Shown here: piece after piece, positions 27,451 through 36,386 of the stretch
Layout: every line of letters starts with the position of its first letter
Position numbering within the stretch: the stretch's first letter is position 1
Assembly: GCA_964373045.1 (NCBI GenBank)
Contig: CAYJSI010000009.1
Coordinates: 1-63,383 of the forward strand
Source: an uncultured bacterium
GTDB lineage: Bacteria; Omnitrophota; Omnitrophia; Omnitrophales; Aquincolibacteriaceae
Reading direction: 5' to 3'
Length of the DNA stretch: 63,383 nucleotides
Position numbers and translations under genes: made by a program
The notes under the pieces: generated by a model
The model's database searches: none
Told to the model about the DNA's origin: nothing
The model's input: only the letters and a program-made list of their open reading frames with translations

Positions 27451-28635
27451 ATGATTCTATTCATTCGTATTCTTTTTGTTCTGGGAACTGCATTTTTGGG
27501 TTACATTCTGGATATCCCCTGGCTGCAGGCCGCCAATCTTCCTCACATGGAGTGGATACGAGCAGGCGTCGGCCTTCTGGCCGGTGTGCTGGTCATCTCG
27601 CTTGACGTTTTCTTCAGGCAATTTACAGTTCGAAACATCCTCGCCGTTTTAGTCGGGGTTGCCCTCGGTCTTTTGGTGCATCGGCTTTTTATGGCCGTGA
27701 TCGGCTACGCCCATTTTGTTGATGAAGTCGTGCGTCAACTCGGAGTGGCCTCGGCGATTATCTTCAGCTATCTCGGCGCCATCACAGTCCTGCGGGGCCA
27801 GGATGAGTTCAGCCTGATGATTCCCTTTGTGACGCTGGATACCAAGGGGCCGGGTGAGGAGCTGATTTTGCTGGATACGAGCGTCATTATTGACGGACGC
27901 ATTACAGACATCGTCAAGACTCACTTTCTCTCCGGAAAACTTATCTTACCGCGCTTTGTTCTAAAAGAACTCCAACTCATTGCGGACTCTTCAGATCCCC
28001 TGAAGCGAAATCGCGGCCGCCGCGGTTTGGATGTTTTAAATAAAATCAAGACCAACCCCAATATTCAGGTCAAAATCAACGAAATGGACTTTCCAGAACT
28101 TTCAGGGGTGGATGCCAAGCTTGTTAAAATGGGGCAGGTCCTGAATGCGAAGGTCTTCACCAATGATTTTAACTTGAACAAGGTGGCCGAGATTCAAGGC
28201 GTGAAAGTGCTCAATATTAACGAACTTGCCAACGCCCTGAAGCCCATTGTGATGCCGGGCGAGCTCATGCAGGTGAAGATTCTCAAGGAGGGTAAAGAAC
28301 ATGACCAGGGGGTGGCCTATCTCGATGACGGCACCATGGTGGTGGTCGATAACGCGCGCCGGCGAATCGGGCAAACGCATTATGTCACGATCACAAGCGT
28401 GCTGCAGACACAGGCGGGCCGCATGATCTTTGCAAAATTATCTGAGGAATCAAATCGTGGCGATCGAGGGGACCGCGGCCGGCGGCAGGACCGTCCCGAT
28501 CGGGATCGCAATCGGCAAGATCGAGGCCGGGAACATTTCAACCCTCATCCGAATCCCAGCCCGATACCCAACCCCAGTCAAGACGAGCAGCCGTTTACTC
28601 CCAATCCCAACCCGAACATTGGGGGCGGGAGGTAA
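27451..28635 (+). CDS. Membrane PIN/TRAM-domain protein (YacL-like)
   Basis: N-terminal TMs, LDTSVIIDGR, RGRRGL, TNDFNL, GVAYLDDGTMVVV, QTQAGRMIFA; low-complexity tail. Confidence 0.92.
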   Translation: MILFIRILFVLGTAFLGYILDIPWLQAANLPHMEWIRAGVGLLAGVLVISLDVFFRQFTVRNILAVLVGVALGLLVHRLFMAVIGYAHFVDEVVRQLGVASAIIFSYLGAITVLRGQDEFSLMIPFVTLDTKGPGEELILLDTSVIIDGRITDIVKTHFLSGKLILPRFVLKELQLIADSSDPLKRNRGRRGLDVLNKIKTNPNIQVKINEMDFPELSGVDAKLVKMGQVLNAKVFTNDFNLNKVAEIQGVKVLNINELANALKPIVMPGELMQVKILKEGKEHDQGVAYLDDGTMVVVDNARRRIGQTHYVTITSVLQTQAGRMIFAKLSEESNRGDRGDRGRRQDRPDRDRNRQDRGREHFNPHPNPSPIPNPSQDEQPFTPNPNPNIGGGR

Positions 28636-28660
28636 TGTGTCTTGGCGCCGTGAGTCGCTC

Positions 28661-29848
28661 ATGCGGGCAAGCCTTATTGTTGCGGCCGGCGGATCAGGAA
28701 GCCGGTTCGAGAAAAGTATGCCTCGCAAAGGCGGGGCCGGTCCCTCCAAGCTTTTTTGGCCGCTCAACGGAAAGCCGCTTTTAGTCCGAACCCTTTCAGC
28801 CTTCCAGAATTTGCCTGAAATCGGGGAGACGATCGTGGCCGTGCCGCCTGCCGAGGAATCCCAAATTGCTCTCCTTCTTGATCAACACGGTCTCAAAAAG
28901 ATCAAGCTGGTTCCCGGCGGGAAAACCCGCGCCGAATCTGTCTGGAACGCTCTTAAGAAATCAAACTCCAAAAATTCCTGGGTGATGGTGCACGACGGCG
29001 CCCGGCCTTTTGTCTCCCGCGAGGCCCTGCAGCATCTTTTTCGTAAGGCGCGAGGGGCTGAGGGCGCGATCCTGGCCAAAAAAGTGGTTCCCACCCTTAA
29101 AGAGGGGGATGCGAAAGAGCGCATTCTTCGCACCGTGAATCGAAGCGCCCTCTATGAGGCCGAGACCCCTCAGCTTGTCCGGCGCCAAGCACTCCTCAAG
29201 GCTTATCGGGAAAATGCCGAGGCGCTTCAGGCGACAGATGAATCCTCTCTTCTTGAACCGTTCAAGACAGATATCAAATTGGTCACGCACAGCGGATGGA
29301 ATCCAAAGATTACCACCTTCAAAGATTGGGAACTTGCCGAGGCCTATCTCAGAAAAGAAGAGGCGCCGAGACTCCGCATGGGTTGGGGACGGGATACGCA
29401 TCGTTTGGTTCCGGGAAGAAAGTTTTGGCTGGGCGGTGTCAGAATTCCGTTTGATAAAGGCCCCCTCGGCCACTCGGATGGAGATGCCCTGCTTCATGCC
29501 GTGATCGACGCCCTTTTGGGCGCTGCCGGTCTTGGCGACATCGGCGAATGGTTTTCCGATCGGAATCCCAAATTTAAAAATATGAAAAGCGAGAAAATGC
29601 TCGGCATCGTTCTGGCGGAAATGAAAGGGCATCATTTAAGGGTCCGCCAGGTGGACAGCGTGATTACACTCGAAAAACCAAAGCTTGGACCTTTGAAACA
29701 AAGGATTCGAGAAAAGATGGCGGGGTTGCTCGGGCTTCGCAAGGAGTGGGTCTCGGTGAAGGCGAAGACCCTGGAGGGTTTGGGCCCGGAAGGTGAGGGA
29801 CGCGCGATTACCTGTGAGGCCCTTGCAGTTTTGGAGAAGGGCGCATGA
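28661..29848 (+). CDS. ispDF: Bifunctional IspD/IspF
   Basis: IspD part: AAGGSGSRF, VHDGARP, ETPQ, NPKIT. IspF part: GWGRDTH, GHSDGD, GDIG, VKAKT. Confidence 0.92.
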   Translation: MRASLIVAAGGSGSRFEKSMPRKGGAGPSKLFWPLNGKPLLVRTLSAFQNLPEIGETIVAVPPAEESQIALLLDQHGLKKIKLVPGGKTRAESVWNALKKSNSKNSWVMVHDGARPFVSREALQHLFRKARGAEGAILAKKVVPTLKEGDAKERILRTVNRSALYEAETPQLVRRQALLKAYRENAEALQATDESSLLEPFKTDIKLVTHSGWNPKITTFKDWELAEAYLRKEEAPRLRMGWGRDTHRLVPGRKFWLGGVRIPFDKGPLGHSDGDALLHAVIDALLGAAGLGDIGEWFSDRNPKFKNMKSEKMLGIVLAEMKGHHLRVRQVDSVITLEKPKLGPLKQRIREKMAGLLGLRKEWVSVKAKTLEGLGPEGEGRAITCEALAVLEKGA

Positions 29849-31269
29849 GCGTTCGAGTTCGATTTGCCCCCTCGCCGACGGGGTTTCTCCATCTAGGCAA
29901 TATCCGCACGGCACTTTTTAATTATCTTTTTGCCAAACGCCACGACGGTCAATTTATCCTCCGCATCGAAGACACGGACTTGGAAAGGTCGAAGCCGGAA
30001 TATCGCGAGGCCCTGCAGGAAGACTTGCTCTGGATGGGTATTCGATGGGATGAGGGCCCCGAAGTTGGGGGTCCTTACGACCCTTATGAACAGTCCAAGC
30101 GCCTCGCTTCATTTCAGAAATATATTGATCAGCTTCTCACGGAAGGCAAGGCCTATCCCTGTTATGTGACCGAGGAAGAAACGCAGGAAATGAAGCGCCT
30201 TGCGAGGTTAGAAAGACAGCCGCCCCGTTTTGATAACCGTGGCCGTTTTTTTACAAAAGAAGACATCAATAAAAGAAAAGCGAAGGGCATTAAGCCTACC
30301 GTGCGCTTCAAAATCGAAAACCCCATCCTCGAGATGGAGGACTTGATCCGCGGCCATGTGAAATTTAATCTCGATGAAATGGTGGGGGATTTTGTCATTC
30401 AGCGCGCGGACGGAATCCCGACCTTTCACCTGGCGGTGTGTGTGGATGACGCCTTGATGAAGGTGACGCATGTCATCCGCGGCGAAGATCATCTTTCGAA
30501 CACCCCCAAGCATATTTTACTTCTGCGGGCGATGGGGTTTGAGCCCCCGAAGTACGGTCACCTTTCTTTGATTCACGGTCCGGGCGGGGAGCCGCTATCG
30601 AAACGCCTTGAATCCGTTTCTGTGCGCGAATTCCGCAAAAAAGGTTATCTGCCGCACGGACTTGCCAATTACATCGCGCTTCTTGGCTGGTCCAGTAAAG
30701 ACAACCGCGAAATATTCAGCTGGGAAGAACTGCAAAAGCTTTTTGACCTTACGGGCGTCAATAAATCAGCCTCAGCCTTTGATCCCGCAAAGCTCGATTG
30801 GGTAAACGGGCAGCACCTTCGGTTGCTTTCCGATGAAGCCTTCTCTCGCCAGGCGATGGCTTATTTAAAGGAACAGAAACAGCTGAAATATAACGAGACG
30901 GCGACTCATAAAATCCTCCCGGTTTTTAAAGACAATATCGAACGCTTTAACCAGCTTCCCGAAAAGCTCGACATCCTGGCAGAGGATTTTTCTTTTGAGA
31001 ATGCCGAAATAATTCGGAGCGCCGAAGGCCGGGAAGTGCTCTCGGCGGGTCTTGCTGCGCTCCCGTCTTTAAAAGGGAATGACCCGGCATTTTATGATCA
31101 TTTTATCAATGCGGTTAAGCCCAAAGTAAAAGCCAAAGGTAAAAATTTGTTCATGCCGATCCGTATCGCGCTCACAGGGAAAGAACATGGGCCCGAACTT
31201 AAGCGCATTTTTCCCATTTTTGGCACCGAGGGCGTCCAACGCCGCCTTGAACGTGCCCTAAAATCCTGA
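29845..31269 (+). CDS. gltX: Glutamate--tRNA ligase
   Basis: RFAPSPTG.LHLG, LRIEDTD, HVIRGEDH, LSKR. Confidence 0.96.
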   Translation: MSVRVRFAPSPTGFLHLGNIRTALFNYLFAKRHDGQFILRIEDTDLERSKPEYREALQEDLLWMGIRWDEGPEVGGPYDPYEQSKRLASFQKYIDQLLTEGKAYPCYVTEEETQEMKRLARLERQPPRFDNRGRFFTKEDINKRKAKGIKPTVRFKIENPILEMEDLIRGHVKFNLDEMVGDFVIQRADGIPTFHLAVCVDDALMKVTHVIRGEDHLSNTPKHILLLRAMGFEPPKYGHLSLIHGPGGEPLSKRLESVSVREFRKKGYLPHGLANYIALLGWSSKDNREIFSWEELQKLFDLTGVNKSASAFDPAKLDWVNGQHLRLLSDEAFSRQAMAYLKEQKQLKYNETATHKILPVFKDNIERFNQLPEKLDILAEDFSFENAEIIRSAEGREVLSAGLAALPSLKGNDPAFYDHFINAVKPKVKAKGKNLFMPIRIALTGKEHGPELKRIFPIFGTEGVQRRLERALKS

Positions 31270-31273
31270 TCCC

Positions 31274-32752
31274 ATGATCCAATTTTTTAATACACTTACG
31301 GGCAAACTCGAAGAATTTAAGCCGCTTGATCCTGCGGGCAAAGAAGTCAAGATGTATACCTGCGGGCCCACCGTCTATGACGACGCCCACATCGGCAATT
31401 TCCGCACCTTTGTCTTTGAAGACCTCCTGCGCCGCTTCCTCGAATTTAAGAAATATCGCGTTAAACACGTGATGAATATTACGGATGTGGATGACAAGAC
31501 CATTGCCGGCGCAAATACGGATGCAGGGGCGAGGCACGCCTCGCCCCTGCAACGTTTAAATGAATACACCGCGCCCTATATTCAGGCCTTTAAGGAAGAC
31601 TGCCAAAAATTGAATATTTTACCGCCCCTCGTTCAGCCCCGCGCAACCGAACACATCGAAGACATAAAGAACTTAATCAAGACATTGATCCAAAAAGGTT
31701 ACGCATATGAAAGCGGCGGTTCGGTTTACTACCGTGTTTCAAAATTCCCGAACTACGGAAAGCTTTCCAAAAAGAAACTCGATAAAAATATCACCGGGGC
31801 GCGTGTGGATGTGGATGAATACGATAAAGAAGAAGGCGCGGACTTTGTGCTCTGGAAGAAATCAAAAGAAGGGGAGCCCTCCTGGGATTCGCCGTGGGGC
31901 AAGGGGCGCCCGGGCTGGCATATCGAGTGCTCTGTGATGAGTATGAAAGAACTCGGTGAAACCTTTGATATTCACGCAGGCGGGGAAGACCTTATCTTTC
32001 CGCACCACGAAAACGAGATCGCCCAGTCGGAGGCCGCCACCGGAAAGCCTTTTGTGAAATACTGGCTTCACTCCAGACACCTGCTTGTGAACGGCGAAAA
32101 AATGTCTAAATCCAAAGGAAATTTTTACACCCTGCGCGATCTTTTAGCAAAAGGCTATGACCCTATGGCGATTCGATATGCGCTTTTATCCGTTCACTAC
32201 CGCCAGCCGATGAATTTTACGTTGGACAGTCTCGACGAGGTCAAGCAAATCGTTGAAAAATTAAAAGACTGTTACTTTCAATGCTTAAGTTTTTCACAGC
32301 AAATAGATGCTGGAGCTAGGTGGTTCGCAAAACAAACCGATGCAGATACATATCCGTTGCAAGATAAACTCAAACAGTCTCTAGTCGATATGGAGAGCTT
32401 TTTGGAAAATGATTTAAATATATCCGGGGCTTTATCCATTCTTTCGCTTGCTATTAACGAAATCAATGCCGCGCTAGCACATTTCATAATAGGAAAAAAT
32501 AATATGGCTGCTGCGCTGGGGTTTTTTGGACAGATAGACAACTTGTATGGGTTTAGAATTTCAGAAGAAAAGAAAATTCCTTCCGAGGTTGTGTCGATTC
32601 TGACAAAATATGTTGAGGTGCGAAAAGCTAAAGAGTTCTCAAAATCAGATGCGCTTCGCAAGGACATCGAAAATCTTGGTTGGTCGGTGAAAGACGGCAA
32701 GCCGGGGGAGCCGTCGACGGTAAGAAAAAAACGCGGGGTGTGGGACAAATGA
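31274..32752 (+). CDS. cysS: Cysteine--tRNA ligase
   Basis: CGPTVY, HIGN, DFVLWK, GRPGWHIEC, FPHHENE, KMSKS. Confidence 0.96.
   Translation: MIQFFNTLTGKLEEFKPLDPAGKEVKMYTCGPTVYDDAHIGNFRTFVFEDLLRRFLEFKKYRVKHVMNITDVDDKTIAGANTDAGARHASPLQRLNEYTAPYIQAFKEDCQKLNILPPLVQPRATEHIEDIKNLIKTLIQKGYAYESGGSVYYRVSKFPNYGKLSKKKLDKNITGARVDVDEYDKEEGADFVLWKKSKEGEPSWDSPWGKGRPGWHIECSVMSMKELGETFDIHAGGEDLIFPHHENEIAQSEAATGKPFVKYWLHSRHLLVNGEKMSKSKGNFYTLRDLLAKGYDPMAIRYALLSVHYRQPMNFTLDSLDEVKQIVEKLKDCYFQCLSFSQQIDAGARWFAKQTDADTYPLQDKLKQSLVDMESFLENDLNISGALSILSLAINEINAALAHFIIGKNNMAAALGFFGQIDNLYGFRISEEKKIPSEVVSILTKYVEVRKAKEFSKSDALRKDIENLGWSVKDGKPGEPSTVRKKRGVWDK
31522..31551. repeat. In-frame REP-like palindrome inside cysS
   Basis: TGCAGGGGCGAGGC-AC-GCCTCGCCCCTGCA with perfect 14-bp arms. 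Encodes AGARHASPL. Confidence 0.85.
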
Positions 32753-33336
32753 AAACACGGAAATCAATTCGGTTAAAAACATATGATTATTCATCGTCCG
32801 GATATTATTTTGTGACGATATGCGTCAAGGATCGTGAATGTTTATTTGGGGAAATTAAAAACGCCGAAATGCGTTTAAATAATTACGGGGGAATTGTGCG
32901 CGACACATGGTTGAAATTACCCGATCGTTATACCAATGTAACGTTGGGCCAATTCGTTGTCATGCCGAATCATTTTCATGGAATTATCGCAATAATGTCA
33001 GATGTAGGGGCGCCCCTTGCGGGCGCCCTGGATTCGGTCGAAATGGATCATCGCGTATCCCGTATTCGAAAATCAACACGGGCGGGCACAAGGCCCGCCC
33101 CTACATTGGGTCAAATAATGGGGGCCTATAAATCGATAACGACCAACGAAATCATGACTCATTTCACGGCGCGAAATCGGACGTCATTCGCGGATCATAT
33201 CTGGCAACGGGGTTATTACGATCGAATTATTCGCAATGAAAATGAATTGCGCAACACGCGTGAATACGTTCTCGATAACCCCAAACAATGGCACCTCGAT
33301 CCCGAAAATCCGGAACGTCTGGCGGCAGCATCATGA
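32749..33336 (+). mobile_element. REP-associated tyrosine transposase (RAYT; IS200-like Y1 HUH family), intact CDS
   Basis: RKSIRL..YDYS..GYYFVTIC, HUH motif MPNHFHG, WQRGYYDRIIR, EY..DNP..W. ATGA overlaps with both cysS and tmk. Confidence 0.92.
33004..33104. repeat. GTAG REP doublet in frame inside the RAYT gene
   Basis: GTAGGGGCGCCCCTTGCGGGCGCCC ... GGGCGGGCACAAGGCCCGCCCCTAC. Encodes VGAPLAGAL...RAGTRPAPT. Confidence 0.9.
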
Positions 33337-33962
33337 AGAAAGTCCTATTCATTACATTCGAAGGCGCGGAGGGGAGCGGGAAGAGTACGCAGATCAGGCG
33401 TGCGGCGGCTTATCTGCGAAGGCGTGTAGGGGCACGGCGCGCCGTGCCCGTGCTCGTGTTGCGTGAACCGGGTGGAACGCGTGTGAGTGAAGCGATCCGC
33501 AAGATCATTTTAAATAAAGATTTTAAAGAAATGGTGGGCGAGACCGAGCTTCTGCTTTATCTTGCGGCCCGGGCCCAGATTGTGCGGGAGAAAATTCTGC
33601 CGGCCCTAAAGAAGGGAATGGTTGTCATCTGCGACCGATTTGAAGATTCAACCCTCGCTTATCAGGGTTTTGGACGCGGATTTCCGCTCGCCATGATTCG
33701 GGGATTCAGCAACATTTTTGTGCGCGGAAAACTTCAGCCGGATTTAACGTTTATTCTGGATATTGATCCGCGCCAAGGTCTCAAGCGGGGCGGTCGGCAT
33801 GACCGGGTTGAACGCGAATCTTTAAAATTTCACGTGAAGGTTCGTAACGGTTTTCTGAAACTCGCGAAGCAAAATCCGAAACGCTATCGAGTCATTGATT
33901 CACGCCAGTCCAAAGTCGAAGTGGCTCGGCAAATCCGGGAGGTCTTAACCCGTGTTAACTGA
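33333..33962 (+). CDS. tmk: Thymidylate kinase
   Basis: FITFEGAEGSGKST, REPGG, CDRF..S..AYQG, PDLT. Confidence 0.96.
   Translation: MKKVLFITFEGAEGSGKSTQIRRAAAYLRRRVGARRAVPVLVLREPGGTRVSEAIRKIILNKDFKEMVGETELLLYLAARAQIVREKILPALKKGMVVICDRFEDSTLAYQGFGRGFPLAMIRGFSNIFVRGKLQPDLTFILDIDPRQGLKRGGRHDRVERESLKFHVKVRNGFLKLAKQNPKRYRVIDSRQSKVEVARQIREVLTRVN
33426..33453. repeat. In-frame GTAG REP inside tmk
   Basis: GTAGGGGCACGGCGCGCCGTGCCCGTGC. Encodes VGARRAVPV just before REPGG. Confidence 0.85.
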
Positions 33963-34803
33963 TCGGATCGAAACGCAGTCCTTTGCCGTGAGGGTTTTAA
34001 AAACACATCTCGCCAAAAAGCGGCTTGCCCACACCTATCTTTTTACGGGAAAAGACGGGGCGGGACATGAAGGGCTTGCCCTTGCTTTTGCCTGCGCCTT
34101 AAACTGCCCCAAAGAAAACTTTTTCCGTGATTGCGGCTGCCCAAGCTGTTACAAGACCGAAAACCGAAATCACCCGGATGTGATTTGGCTGGGTGAAGAT
34201 CCTAAGGCTCGCTCAATTAAGATTGAAGAAGCGCGCCAGTCCATCGAGAAGGCGTTCCTTAAACCCTTTGAAGGTTTATGGAAGGTTTTTATTCTGGTGC
34301 GATCTGAGCGGCTCACGACCGAGGCAGCGAATGCTCTTTTAAAGACCTTAGAAGAACCGCCCGCACACACCATCTTTGTTTTGCTTGCCGAAACAAAAGC
34401 CCATCTCCTCGAAACCATTCAATCGCGTGGGTTTGAAATCAAATTACGGCCACTTGAAATGGGATCCGCTGGCGGGGCGATTCATGAATCGCTCGTACGA
34501 TCCGGCCAGAATTGGTTGGAATATTTTGAACCCTATCATGGAGCAAGCCGTGAGGAAATTAAAGAATTGTGCGATCTTTTGATGATGCATTTTCGGAATC
34601 GGATCGAAAGTAACGCGAATGTGGGGGCGAGACATGTCGCCATTGACCCGCCGGCGACCCAATGGCGGGCCTCGCCCCTACTTGCGGCTATTGATCGCGT
34701 TATCGAAACAAAAGATGCCGTAGACGCCAACGCGAACACCAAACTGGCTCTGACACGGCTTACGACGCAGCTTGAAAAGATTCTTCCCTCGGCGAGAGTT
34801 TAA
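33952..34803 (+). CDS. holB: DNA polymerase III delta' subunit
   Basis: HTYLFTG, LNC..CG.C.SC, HPD, AANALLKTLEEPP, TIQSR; follows tmk. Confidence 0.9.
   Translation: MLTDRIETQSFAVRVLKTHLAKKRLAHTYLFTGKDGAGHEGLALAFACALNCPKENFFRDCGCPSCYKTENRNHPDVIWLGEDPKARSIKIEEARQSIEKAFLKPFEGLWKVFILVRSERLTTEAANALLKTLEEPPAHTIFVLLAETKAHLLETIQSRGFEIKLRPLEMGSAGGAIHESLVRSGQNWLEYFEPYHGASREEIKELCDLLMMHFRNRIESNANVGARHVAIDPPATQWRASPLLAAIDRVIETKDAVDANANTKLALTRLTTQLEKILPSARV
34621..34681. repeat. Nested in-frame REP inside holB
   Basis: GTGGGGGCGAGACAT + 33-nt hairpin GTCGCCATTGACCCGCCGGCGACCCAATGGCGG + GCCTCGCCCCTAC. Encodes VGARH-VAIDPPATQWR-ASPL. Confidence 0.8.
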
Positions 34804-36345
34804 ATGTCCAAAACGTTTTATCTTACGACCCCGCTTTATTATGTGAATGCCAAGCCCCACATCGGGCATGCCTACACGAATATCCTCTGCGATACGTTCG
34901 CTCGGTATCGGAAGCTTTGCGGCGAAAAAGTTTTTTTTCTCACCGGAACGGACGAACACGGAACCAAAATCGAGAAGGCGGCGCGTGAGCAGAAAAAGGA
35001 GCCCCGTCAGTATGTGGACGAAATGGCGCCTCAGTTTAATGAGCTCTGGAAGCTTCTCGGGATCGAATACGATTATTTTATCCGTACCACGGACGGCGAT
35101 CACAAAGAAGTGGTTCGTAATGTCTTGGTTGATCTTGAAAAAAGGGGAGAGATTTATAAGGCCAATTATAAGGGCTGGTACTGCACCCCCTGCGAATCAT
35201 TCTGGACCGAACTTCAGCTAGTGGAAGGTAAATGTCGGGATTGTCACCGGGAGGTGCAGGAACTTGCCGAGGAAAATTATTTCTTTCGTCTTTCTAAATA
35301 TCAGGATTGGCTCATCAAATATATTCAAGAACACCCTGATTTTATCCGTCCCGAAATCCGCAAAAATGAAATTTTAGGATTCCTGCGTGCGCCCCTTGAG
35401 GATCTTTGCATTTCCCGACCGCGTTCGCGCCTTGCGTGGGGGATCGATTACCCGACCTCCAAAGATCACGTAGTTTATGTTTGGTTTGATGCGCTTGTCA
35501 ATTATGTGACCGCAGCCGGCCTGACCCATGACGATAAAAAATTCAAAACGCTTTGGCCCGCGGATCTTCATCTGGTGGGAAAAGATATCTTAAGGCAGCA
35601 CGCGGTTTATTGGCCGATTATGCTGAAGGCGATGGGAGTCGACATGCCGAAAACCGTGTTGGCCCACGGCTGGTGGACGATGTCGGGAGCGAAGGTCTCA
35701 AAGTCACGCGGCAACGCTGTGGACCCAATCACGCTCGAAAAAAAATACGGAGTGGATGCCTTCCGTTATTTTTTGCTGCATGAGGTGACGCTCGGCCTCG
35801 ATGGCGCTTTTTCGGAAGATTTACTTGCCGAGCGCTACACGACAGATCTCGCCAACGATTTTGGGAACCTTTGGTTTAGATTTGCCTCGATGCTGGAGAA
35901 ATATTTTGAAGGCGTTCTACCAAGAGTTGATTTTCTGAGTTTAAATAAAGAGTTGATGACGCTTTCCATCGGTTTGTTTGATAAAGTTTGGGGGATGATG
36001 GAAAAATATGATCCTAAAGAGGCGCTGAATTTTGTGTTGCAAGCTATACGGCGCGCCAATCAGTTTGTGGAAGAAAAAAAGCCTTGGGTCTTGGTCAAAG
36101 ATCCGGCAAAAAAAAGCGAATTGGAGAGTGTGATGGTTGCGCTAGCAGAAGTGATCTTTAGGATAGCCATTGTTTTAACTGCCTTCATGCCGACGACAGC
36201 ACATAAAATTCTTCAGTGGTTGGGTCAGCCTACCCAATGGAAGATCACTCCAAACAGCGGAGAGTTTAGTGATCTTCGACTCATCCCAGGTGCGCGCATT
36301 CAAAAAGGCGAGATTCTATTCCCCAAGTTAGAGGAGAAAATTTAG
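34804..36345 (+). CDS. metG: Methionine--tRNA ligase (short form)
   Basis: TTPLYYVN..PHIGH, TGTDEHG, YVWFDAL, GKDI, KVSKS. Confidence 0.96.
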   Translation: MSKTFYLTTPLYYVNAKPHIGHAYTNILCDTFARYRKLCGEKVFFLTGTDEHGTKIEKAAREQKKEPRQYVDEMAPQFNELWKLLGIEYDYFIRTTDGDHKEVVRNVLVDLEKRGEIYKANYKGWYCTPCESFWTELQLVEGKCRDCHREVQELAEENYFFRLSKYQDWLIKYIQEHPDFIRPEIRKNEILGFLRAPLEDLCISRPRSRLAWGIDYPTSKDHVVYVWFDALVNYVTAAGLTHDDKKFKTLWPADLHLVGKDILRQHAVYWPIMLKAMGVDMPKTVLAHGWWTMSGAKVSKSRGNAVDPITLEKKYGVDAFRYFLLHEVTLGLDGAFSEDLLAERYTTDLANDFGNLWFRFASMLEKYFEGVLPRVDFLSLNKELMTLSIGLFDKVWGMMEKYDPKEALNFVLQAIRRANQFVEEKKPWVLVKDPAKKSELESVMVALAEVIFRIAIVLTAFMPTTAHKILQWLGQPTQWKITPNSGEFSDLRLIPGARIQKGEILFPKLEEKI

Positions 36346-36386
36346 CAATTTTCCTCCTTTGATAAGAGGATAAGGGGCACACGATT

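Noticed and set aside
28450..28635. RD-rich and PN-rich tail of the PIN/TRAM protein, and the long upstream extension of the ispDF ORF
   Set aside because: This is a low-complexity disordered tail. The ispDF extension is only the overlapping open frame, and homology starts near 28661.
36346..36386. Weak hairpin TTCCTCCTTTGATAAGAGGA between metG and tatD
   Set aside because: Short, imperfect and overlapping the probable RBS region; not enough evidence for a repeat family or terminator.
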